Assembly: GCA_031409655.1 (NCBI GenBank)
Contig: JANNXQ010000101.1
Span: 1 to 13,581 of the forward strand
Direction: 5' to 3'
DNA: 13,581 nucleotides
Source: Chthoniobacteraceae bacterium
Lineage (GTDB): Bacteria > Verrucomicrobiota > Verrucomicrobiia > Chthoniobacterales > Chthoniobacteraceae
Every line of letters starts with the position of its first letter. Position 1 is the first letter of the stretch. The translations under genes were made by a program, and so were the position numbers. The notes under the pieces were generated by a model. The model worked only from the letters and a program-made list of their open reading frames with translations. It had not been told where the DNA came from and made no database searches. Shown one piece after another: positions 6,541 through 13,581 of this stretch.

Positions 6541-6647
6541 GGTGGGTAGGCCCAAGGTCTCACTAAAATCCTCTCGGTCTTTGCCAGTCCGCCCGGCAAG
6601 ATTTGTCGCTCGCCAAGGCGTGATCTTTGCTTTGTCCTTCCTCGCCC

Positions 6648-7871
6648 ATGAAACGTTTCACCGCCCTCGCCGCGGCGGTAAGCTGCGCTCCCGCGTTCGC
6701 TTACGGCCTCGGCGTCCGAATCCCCGACCAGAATCCTGAAGCGACCGCCCGCGGCAATGCCTTTGCGGCGACTGCGAACAACGCTTCCGCGATCTACTAC
6801 AATCCCGCCGGCCTCACCCAACTGGAAGGCACGAGCGTGCTCCTCGGTTCCTATGCGATCTCCCTCGATGTGGACGTGAAGCTCGACGCGCCCGGCAAAG
6901 GCTCGTTTGGCAATACGAACGATGAGTTCCAGTTTGCCCCGCAGTTTTTCACCGCGTGGAAACCCGCCAACTATCCCGTGGCTCTCGGCCTCGGCATCTA
7001 CTCACCATTCGGTTTTGCGCTGGAGTATCCGGACGATACCCCATTCCGCACCCTCGCCCACAAGGGACGCATCGAATACGTGGCCTTCAATCCGGTCATC
7101 GCGTGGCAGATCACCGACCAACTCTCGGTCGCCGTCGGTGCGACCATCAACTACGCGCGCACCTCGCTGGAGCGCGGCGTTCTGGCGGTCGGCGACGAGT
7201 TCAAATTCAAAGGCGAAGGCACCTCCATCGGCTTTAACGCCGGCCTGCTCTGGAAGCCTCACCGGATGCACTCCTTCGGGGTGAACTACCGCAGCGCGTC
7301 GAACATCGAGTTCGACGGTCGCTCGCGTCTCTTCTTTCGCGACTTCACCGTGCCCACTCCATTTGGCCCCTTCCCCGTCGCCGGCGTTGATCAGAAACAG
7401 GACGCCAGTATCGACTTCGACTTCCCGCAAAACGTCGTCGTCGGCTATTCCTTCCGCCCCACGGAAAACTGGAACTTCGAGTTTAACTATGACTGGACCG
7501 ACTGGAACACGCTGAACAGCGTCATCCTGAGTCAGAAGTCCGGCGATGTGATCCTGCCGTTCGGTTGGAAATCGAGCGCCTTCTACGAGTTTGGCGTGAC
7601 CCGGAAATTCGGCCAGGGTCTGCGGGTCAGCGCTGGCTACATCTACAGCGAGAACTCGTCTCCAAACGCGACTTTCAACCCGATCGTACCAGACTCGAAC
7701 CGCCACATCTACAGCGTCGGCATTGGCCAGTCGCTCACCCACGTTACTTGGGATTTAGCCTACCAATATGCCCACGGTCCAAAACGACAGATTGACAACG
7801 GAACCGCCGCCGATGGCGAATACAGCTTTGATAGCCACGCCCTCACGCTCAGCCTCGGATACAAATTCTGA
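6648..7871 (+). CDS. OmpP1/FadL/TodX family outer-membrane beta-barrel transporter
   Basis: Signal peptide 'MKRFTALAAAVSCAPAFA' from ATG6648; hatch motif 'ARGNAFAATANNASAIYYNPAGLTQL'; 'GLGIYSPFG', 'NPVIAWQITDQLSVAVG', 'P.VPDSNRH'; C-terminal beta-signal 'LTLSLGYKF'. Confidence 0.93.
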   Translation: MKRFTALAAAVSCAPAFAYGLGVRIPDQNPEATARGNAFAATANNASAIYYNPAGLTQLEGTSVLLGSYAISLDVDVKLDAPGKGSFGNTNDEFQFAPQFFTAWKPANYPVALGLGIYSPFGFALEYPDDTPFRTLAHKGRIEYVAFNPVIAWQITDQLSVAVGATINYARTSLERGVLAVGDEFKFKGEGTSIGFNAGLLWKPHRMHSFGVNYRSASNIEFDGRSRLFFRDFTVPTPFGPFPVAGVDQKQDASIDFDFPQNVVVGYSFRPTENWNFEFNYDWTDWNTLNSVILSQKSGDVILPFGWKSSAFYEFGVTRKFGQGLRVSAGYIYSENSSPNATFNPIVPDSNRHIYSVGIGQSLTHVTWDLAYQYAHGPKRQIDNGTAADGEYSFDSHALTLSLGYKF

Positions 7872-9102
7872 GGCGCCGCCCGTTGCGGCGACCACGAAGC
7901 CGACCCTGCTCATCGTCGATGATGAGGAGGGGCCTCGGCAGTCGCTGAAGATCGTTTTCAAAAACGATTACAACGTCGTCACCGCGACGAATGGGATCGA
8001 TGCGATCCAACTCGCACGAGAACAGCCGATCAATGTCGCGGTGCTCGACATCATGATGTTTGGGATGTCGGGAGTGGAGCTCTTGAAGGAACTCAAAGAC
8101 ATCGACCCGGCGATCGAGGTCGTGATGCTCACCGCCTTCGAAACCCTCGAGACCGCGCGGGTCGCCTTGCGCCACGGGGCCAGTGACTACCTCAATAAGC
8201 CCTTCGACATTCAGACCATGCGTGCCGCCGTCGCCCGGGCCGCGCAGAAAAATACGGCTGCCCTCGACTTCCAGCGCGGCGGTGAACAACTCCACTCCCT
8301 GCAAATGGAGATCCAAGACCGGAGCGTGCGCGAGGAGATGGCCAAGAACAACGGCGAGATCTACGCCAGCGTGCTGCACGATCTCAATGGGCCGCTCACC
8401 GTGATCAGTGGATTCATCGAGATCATCACCCGCTCGATGCAGGACGCGCGAAAGCTGGAAGGGCCGCAACTCGATACGATCAAAGGTGACCTCAGCAAGC
8501 TCACCGGCCAGATCAGCCGCTGCTTCGAAATTTCCCGGCGTTACCTCAGCTTCCTCCGCAATTCGCCCTCGGAGAAGTTCTCCGTGGCGGCGAATCAGAT
8601 CCTCTCCGACGTCCGCGAACTCCTCGCCCGGCACCCTTGTGCGAAAGGAAACGAACTCACCGTCCACCGGCTCGAGCAGGATGTCATCGCCGACATCAAC
8701 GGCACCGACTTCCTCCAGATCCTGCTCAATCTCACGATCAACGCGCTCCAGGCCTGCGAGACTCCGCACCGGGTCGATGTGCATTGCATTTTGCACCCGA
8801 ATCCCATCGACGTGCTGAACTATCCCGACGGCCCGAGCCAGCGTTTCATCAACCGGGAGAGTTTCTCCAATCGCACCCCGATCCTCGCCATCTCGATCAT
8901 CGACGACGGGCCGGGGATCCCGGCACCGGTGCTTGCCAAAATGTTTGAGGAGCGCTTCACGACGAAGTCTGCGGAACGCGGCACCGGCCTGGGTCTTTCG
9001 ATCGTCAAACGACTCGTCCGTGAAGCGCAGGGCGGCATTATGATTCGCACCGAAGTGGGCAAAGGTTCCACCTTCACCGTACTGCTCCAGACGCAGGCCT
9101 AG
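7813..9102 (+). CDS. Cytoplasmic hybrid response regulator/histidine kinase (REC-HisKA-HATPase_c)
   Basis: REC: 'LLIVDDEE', 'VLDIMM..MSG', 'MLTA', 'YLNKPF'; H-box 'VLHDLNGPL'; N-box 'QILLNLTINALQA'; G1 'DDGPGI'; F 'MFEERFTTK'; G2 'GTGLGLSIV'; no TM segment. Start uncertain (ATG7813 or ATG7768, both inside the FadL-like gene). Confidence 0.92.
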   Translation: MANTALIATPSRSASDTNSEAPPVAATTKPTLLIVDDEEGPRQSLKIVFKNDYNVVTATNGIDAIQLAREQPINVAVLDIMMFGMSGVELLKELKDIDPAIEVVMLTAFETLETARVALRHGASDYLNKPFDIQTMRAAVARAAQKNTAALDFQRGGEQLHSLQMEIQDRSVREEMAKNNGEIYASVLHDLNGPLTVISGFIEIITRSMQDARKLEGPQLDTIKGDLSKLTGQISRCFEISRRYLSFLRNSPSEKFSVAANQILSDVRELLARHPCAKGNELTVHRLEQDVIADINGTDFLQILLNLTINALQACETPHRVDVHCILHPNPIDVLNYPDGPSQRFINRESFSNRTPILAISIIDDGPGIPAPVLAKMFEERFTTKSAERGTGLGLSIVKRLVREAQGGIMIRTEVGKGSTFTVLLQTQA

Positions 9103-9108
9103 ATCACC

Positions 9109-9160
9109 GCCGGGAGGCAGACTGTGGGCCGAACAGGCGGTCCGCAGACCGGCATTTCTT
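9109..9160 (+). terminator. Hairpin after the hybrid kinase gene, possible terminator
   Basis: CTGTGGGCCG / CGGTCCGCAG stem (two G-U pairs) inside GCCGG / CCGGC, followed by ATTTCTT. Confidence 0.45.
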
Positions 9161-9187
9161 GCCCCGTCACTGAACGGTGGTTAAAGT
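9159..9187 (+). promoter_or_regulatory. Putative sigma70-type promoter TTGCCC-N17-TAAAGT for the Ser/Thr kinase operon
   Basis: TTGCCC 9159-9164, 17-nt spacer, TAAAGT 9182-9187, 12 nt to ATG9200; no Shine-Dalgarno motif. Confidence 0.55.
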
Positions 9188-9199
9188 CCGCCGAGATCC

Positions 9200-11563
9200 A
9201 TGTCGGAAAGCTCTGGAAACCCCAATATTCAACCGTGCGCAGGCTGCGCCACGCTCGTCGATACTGCGGATGCCGAGCCACTCGCGGAGGTAAATTGCCC
9301 GACCTGCGGCCGGGCGATGATCGGCCGCACGCAATTTCATCATTTCAAGCTGATCAAGGTTCTCGGTTCAGGCGGCGTGGGCTCGGTCTATCAGGCGCTC
9401 GATGAAAGCCTGAATCGGATGGTCGCCTTGAAGCTCTTGCGGACGGAGCACATGGGAGCGCCGGCAATCGTCGCCCAGTTTGAACGGGAGGCGTCGATCA
9501 CCGCTTCGATCAACCATCCGCACGTCGTGAGGGTTTATTCCACGGGCTTGGATCACGGGATCTTTTACATCGCCATGGAGTTGGTGGACAAAGGCTCGCT
9601 CGACGATCAGATCACGACCCTGCGCCGGGTGGGAGAAGCACACGTGCTGGACGTTGGTATCCAAATCACGCAGGGGCTGCAAGCGGCGCTCAAGGCTGGT
9701 CTGATTCACCGCGACGTGAAGCCAGGCAATATCCTTTTCTCCGACGCCCATACCGCAAAGCTCGTCGATTTCGGCCTCGCCACACCTTCCAAGCACGCTG
9801 GCGAGGTGGGCGGAGAAGTCTGGGGCACGCCTTACTACGTCGCGCCCGAAAAGCTGGACTCGCCACCGGCGGAAGACTTCCGCAGCGACATGTATTCCCT
9901 CGGGTCGTCACTTTTCCACGCCCTCACGGGACGTCCGCCGTACGACGCGAATGACGCCTCCATCGTCGTCTTAAAGGTCCTGAAGAGTCGTCCGGTGAAG
10001 GTCCAGTCCTTCGCGCCCGAAATCTCGAACGCGACCGCATTCGTGATCGATCGCATGCTCCTCAAGCAGCCGAATCAGCGCTACCAGAGCTACGACGACC
10101 TCCTCGAACACCTGCGCTTTGCCCGCGCGGAGTTGACCCGAGCGCACCGGCAACCGCTGACCGGAAAGCCGCAGACGGCGGGAAAATCGTCGCTCTGGGC
10201 GACCCTGAGCATGGTCGCGCTCGTCGTGCTCATCGGCGGGCTTTTTTTCCTGCCAAACCGGAAGGAGAAATCAGAGACACCCGCCCCACCCCCGGCCGAG
10301 AATACTGCTGCCGTCGATCTCGTGGCCATCGAGCAAAAGATCGCGGACGCTCGCAAACTCCTGCTCACCGCAGACCCGGCAGCGGCCCAGCGCGCGGCGG
10401 AGTCCTTGCAAGCCTTGAGTCCCACCGTGCGCACCCAGCCTTTGCTCAACTGGATTGACTGGCAGGAAGGGCTTGCCCAACTGCTCGCCGGAAATGGGAC
10501 CGGAGCGAGCGCCGCCTTTCGAAAGATCGCCGAGCGCGGGCCTTTCTCCACAGCCCCGGAGGACGAAAGGATCGCGAAATTTTTTGTCGAGGCGGGCACC
10601 GCCGCCGCGGACAATCAACGAATCTCGCCGACCGCCGCGCCGCAACTCGATCCCGCAACTCACGAAGCGATGGCCCTGCTCGTTCACGGCGTCAAAAACT
10701 GGCAGCTCGGCGAGTCCACCCAGGCCGTGCCATTTCTAGAACGCTTCCAGAGCGCGACCCCGCCGGGGCACGTGCTTTGGATGGCCGAATACGGACCGCT
10801 CGCCGCTCGTCTGCTCGCCGAATATGTCACTTTCAAAACCGCCGCAGACGCCGCGGCCTCCGCCAATGGCGCGCCGGAAAAGATGACGGCTGCGCTCGCG
10901 GCCGTGCGCACCGCGCAAGGTCAACTCACGCTCCAGGGCCCACTCCCCGGACAGCTCGCTGCCTTGGAGACGCAACTCGCCGCCGAAATCGCAGCCGTGG
11001 CGAAGAGTACGGCGGAGATGGACGTCAGCGATGAGCGGATGCTCGCTCCGTTGCGGCCGCTGATCGAGAGCCACTGTCAGAAACTCAGCCTCGAAGACGC
11101 TCGCGCCATGCTCGAAGGTCTGAAGCTCAACGGCGGAAAAGCGCAGCCTGAGGTGGAGCTGATCCGGCGGAAGATCGGCTGGCTCACGGCCTTCAAAAAC
11201 AACTTGGTCTCGGACATCAATCTCTACGGTTACACCGGCGAGTTTTTGAAGAGTCCTGACGGGAAAGCCAACCTCGGGCAATGGAAAGCCACCGAATCGA
11301 CCGCGATCATCAGTACAAAATTCGGCACGATCCCGCGTCCGTGGCGCGAGCTCTCCCCGCCAATTCTTGTCGCGGTCGCGGAGTCTTTTTTTCGCCGCGC
11401 TCTCACGCCGGAGCAAATCGCCGATCGGAAGTGGTACCTCGGCATCTACCTGCTCAACCTCCATCGCGACACCGAGGCGCGGGGCCACCTCACGGAAGCC
11501 AGTGCCGCCAAGCCGGAATTCCTGAGCGCGCTGCGGGATCTCGGTTTAGCGCCCGCACCGTAG
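9200..11563 (+). CDS. Membrane-anchored Hanks-type serine/threonine protein kinase with N-terminal zinc ribbon and large helical extracytoplasmic domain
   Basis: 787 aa; CAGC...CPTC; 'LGSGGVGSVY', 'VALK', 'FEREA', 'HRDVKPGNI', 'DFGLA', 'GTPYYVAPE', 'SDMYSLG'; TM 'LWATLSMVALVVLIGGLFFL'; Ala-rich helical/TPR-like C-terminus. Confidence 0.95.
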   Translation: MSESSGNPNIQPCAGCATLVDTADAEPLAEVNCPTCGRAMIGRTQFHHFKLIKVLGSGGVGSVYQALDESLNRMVALKLLRTEHMGAPAIVAQFEREASITASINHPHVVRVYSTGLDHGIFYIAMELVDKGSLDDQITTLRRVGEAHVLDVGIQITQGLQAALKAGLIHRDVKPGNILFSDAHTAKLVDFGLATPSKHAGEVGGEVWGTPYYVAPEKLDSPPAEDFRSDMYSLGSSLFHALTGRPPYDANDASIVVLKVLKSRPVKVQSFAPEISNATAFVIDRMLLKQPNQRYQSYDDLLEHLRFARAELTRAHRQPLTGKPQTAGKSSLWATLSMVALVVLIGGLFFLPNRKEKSETPAPPPAENTAAVDLVAIEQKIADARKLLLTADPAAAQRAAESLQALSPTVRTQPLLNWIDWQEGLAQLLAGNGTGASAAFRKIAERGPFSTAPEDERIAKFFVEAGTAAADNQRISPTAAPQLDPATHEAMALLVHGVKNWQLGESTQAVPFLERFQSATPPGHVLWMAEYGPLAARLLAEYVTFKTAADAAASANGAPEKMTAALAAVRTAQGQLTLQGPLPGQLAALETQLAAEIAAVAKSTAEMDVSDERMLAPLRPLIESHCQKLSLEDARAMLEGLKLNGGKAQPEVELIRRKIGWLTAFKNNLVSDINLYGYTGEFLKSPDGKANLGQWKATESTAIISTKFGTIPRPWRELSPPILVAVAESFFRRALTPEQIADRKWYLGIYLLNLHRDTEARGHLTEASAAKPEFLSALRDLGLAPAP

Positions 11564-11580
11564 AGGCTCTGGATTTCCCC

Positions 11581-12810
11581 GTGAGCGTCGAGATCCGCCC
11601 GAAGCAACTCCGAGGGCTCCTCTTGCTCCTCGTCCTGGTGCCGCTCATCCCGACGGCGCTGATGCTCCGTTTCATGGCCGATGCGCTGAGCGGCGAACGG
11701 ACCGCGGCCCTGGAGCGCAATCGCGCGCTTTACCAGCAATCGCTCCAGACGGCGGCCATCTCGTTCGGGAAACAGCTCAGTGGGCGAGTCACGAAGATCA
11801 CCCCGCAAGAGGCGCACAACTTCTTCCGCGCGCTGCTCGATCGCACGGTGGCGATCCGCATCGTCGATGAACGCGGCCGCGCCCTCACCGCGCTCACGCT
11901 CCCGCAGGAAATGCAGATCGCGCAGACCGCGCTGACCGAATTCGATCTCCCCTGGCTGGTGCAACTCCACCTCATCGACCGCTCGCCGATCGACGACGCC
12001 GCGCGCGAGCAGGCGCAGCGCTACCGCTGGATCGGTGGGAGCGCGATCGCCGCGATCCTCGCCATCGCCATCGCCGCCGGTCTCGCGATGAGCCGGCAGC
12101 TTCGTTTGCAGGAGTTGAAAACGACTGCCGTCGCCACCGTCGCCCACGAACTGCGCACCCCGCTCGCTTCGATGCGCATGCTCGTGGATACCCTCCGGGA
12201 TGGACGCTATCGGGATGAGCAGCAGCTCCGCGAATATCTCGCCCTCATCGGCTCCGAAAACGAACGCCTGAGTCGGCTCACGGAAAATTTTCTCACCCTG
12301 GCGCGCCTCGAGCGCACCACCGAAAAGCTCGCCGCCGAGCCCCTCGAGATCGGCGGTCTTCTCGAAGACGCGCTCCGTCCCTTCCGCCCGCGCCTTGCCG
12401 CAACCGGCTGTCAGTTTACGCTCGAAGTCTCACTTCCCCCACCCCGGCTGCTTGCCAATCGCGACGCCGTGATCACGATCCTCGCCAACCTCATCGACAA
12501 CGCCCTGAAATATACTCCAGAGCAAAAACAGATCGCCCTCCGCGCCCAGACCACCGCAAACCACGCCGTGATCACCGTCCGCGATAATGGCGTCGGCCTC
12601 TCGCCCGAAGAGAGACAGGCCATCTTCGTTCCTTTCTTCCAAGCCGACCGCAAACTCTCGCGCACCAGCTCTGGCTGCGGACTCGGCCTGAGCATCGTGC
12701 AACGCCTCGTCGCCGCTCTCGATGGCGAGATCGCCGTCGAGAGCGCACCCGGCGAAGGCAGTACGTTCACGGTGCGACTCCCACTCGCCCCTGCCGACCT
12801 ACCGGCGTGA
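11581..12810 (+). CDS. Membrane sensor histidine kinase (two TM, HisKA, HATPase_c)
   Basis: Probable start GTG11581; TM1 'LLLLLVLVPLIPTALML', TM2 'WIGGSAIAAILAIAIAAGLAM'; H-box 'VAHELRTPL'; 'NLIDNALKYT', 'DNGVGL', 'IFVPFFQ', 'GCGLGLSIV', 'GEGSTFTV'. Confidence 0.94.
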   Translation: MSVEIRPKQLRGLLLLLVLVPLIPTALMLRFMADALSGERTAALERNRALYQQSLQTAAISFGKQLSGRVTKITPQEAHNFFRALLDRTVAIRIVDERGRALTALTLPQEMQIAQTALTEFDLPWLVQLHLIDRSPIDDAAREQAQRYRWIGGSAIAAILAIAIAAGLAMSRQLRLQELKTTAVATVAHELRTPLASMRMLVDTLRDGRYRDEQQLREYLALIGSENERLSRLTENFLTLARLERTTEKLAAEPLEIGGLLEDALRPFRPRLAATGCQFTLEVSLPPPRLLANRDAVITILANLIDNALKYTPEQKQIALRAQTTANHAVITVRDNGVGLSPEERQAIFVPFFQADRKLSRTSSGCGLGLSIVQRLVAALDGEIAVESAPGEGSTFTVRLPLAPADLPA

Positions 12811-13487
12811 TGAACGAAACCGTGCTCATCATCGAAGACGATCCGGTCCTGCTCCGCGGATTGAAGGACAACTTTGAGTTTGAAGGTTACCGCGTGCAGA
12901 CCGCGATCGACGGCGAACTCGGCCTCGATCTCGCGTTGCGGCTCCGCCCGGATCTCATCGTCCTCGACCTCATGTTACCAAAGGTGAACGGCTACGAAGT
13001 CTGCCGCCACTTGCGCAGCGAAAAGCTCGACGCCCCAATCATCATGCTCACTGCCAAAGGCCAGGAGTCCGACAAAATTCTCGGCCTGAAAATCGGCGCG
13101 GATGATTACGTGACGAAGCCTTTCAGCATCAAAGAACTGCTCGCCCGAGCGGAGGCTTTCCTGCGCCGGCGGCGCCTGGTCCAGCCCATCGTGCAGAAGT
13201 TTGGCGACTGCCAAATCGACACCGGCGCGCGCACCCTCACTCGCGCCGGACGGGACGTGCCCCTTTCTCCGAAAGAGTTTGAACTGCTCGCCTATCTGGT
13301 CGCAAACGCCGGTCGCGCCCTGAGTCGCGAGACCATCATGACGAACGTCTGGGGCTATGGCTGCATGGTCACACCGCGAAGCATCGACCGCTTCGTAAAC
13401 GCCCTCCGGACCAAAATCGAACCCGCGCCCTCCGCCCCGCACCACATCCGCACCGTGCGGGAGTTTGGCTACAAATTTGAACCCTAG
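12810..13487 (+). CDS. OmpR/PhoB-family DNA-binding response regulator
   Basis: 'VLIIEDD', 'VLDLMLPKVNG', 'IIMLTAKGQE', 'GADDYVTKPF'; winged helix 'LSPKEFELL', 'VWG', 'RSIDRFVNALRTKIE', 'IRTVREFGYKF'. Start overlaps the kinase stop (TGATG; alternative GTG12807). Confidence 0.96.
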   Translation: MNETVLIIEDDPVLLRGLKDNFEFEGYRVQTAIDGELGLDLALRLRPDLIVLDLMLPKVNGYEVCRHLRSEKLDAPIIMLTAKGQESDKILGLKIGADDYVTKPFSIKELLARAEAFLRRRRLVQPIVQKFGDCQIDTGARTLTRAGRDVPLSPKEFELLAYLVANAGRALSRETIMTNVWGYGCMVTPRSIDRFVNALRTKIEPAPSAPHHIRTVREFGYKFEP

Positions 13488-13492
13488 CCGCG

Positions 13493-13570
13493 AACAGCCT
13501 GTTGAAAACCCTTCGGGCCTTGGTGGATGGCGTCGCTCCGCGCGCCATGCCAAACGCTCGCCGAAGGCCC
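13493..13570. repeat. Nested palindromic element, possibly the left part of a MITE/REP-type repeat
   Basis: AACAG-C-CTGTT then GAAAA (13493-13508); CCTTCGG (13510-13516) / CCGAAGG (13561-13567); ATGGCG (13527-13532) / CGCCAT (13543-13548); runs toward the window edge. Confidence 0.4.
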
Positions 13571-13581
13571 AACTTTCAGAG

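Noticed and set aside
5013..6821. 602-aa minus-strand ORF
   Set aside because: Antisense shadow of the 5310-6404 gene and the FadL start; no motifs. Long antisense frames are expected with strong GC3 bias.
7002..8796. Minus-strand ORFs 7002-7742 and 7849-8796
   Set aside because: Antisense shadows of the FadL-like and hybrid kinase genes
11281..11580. 100-aa N-terminal extension of the sensor kinase
   Set aside because: Overlaps the STK C-terminus in another frame; GTG11581 just before TM1 is the more plausible start

Overview
A high-GC, densely coding bacterial window. Gene style suggests Verrucomicrobiota/PVC (inference only: zinc-ribbon Ser/Thr kinase, starts without Shine-Dalgarno motifs, heptamer-repeat spacers). 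Left to right: the 3' end of a Type I restriction subunit HsdR (EcoAI/EcoEI-like) with a triple Cys-rich repeat; a minus-strand housekeeping run read yqeY -> ispD -> M16 peptidase; mscL; a minus-strand pair of a 54-aa basic protein and a YacP/NYN RNase; a 364-aa secreted protein I cannot assign; and a plus-strand signalling block (FadL/OmpP1 outer-membrane channel, REC-histidine kinase hybrid, membrane Hanks-type Ser/Thr kinase, sensor histidine kinase, OmpR-family regulator). The intergenic DNA is unusually structured: inverted heptamer arrays, REP-like hairpins, an orphan terminator between divergent genes, operator-like palindromes, near-leaderless promoter candidates and a possible MITE end at the right edge. 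I saw no rRNA, tRNA, CRISPR array or transposase. The best leads are the FadL plus mixed His/Ser-Thr signalling cluster (with a 59-nt dual-coded overlap), the HsdR Cys repeats, and the basic peptide/YacP pair. All functional proposals are unverified hypotheses.
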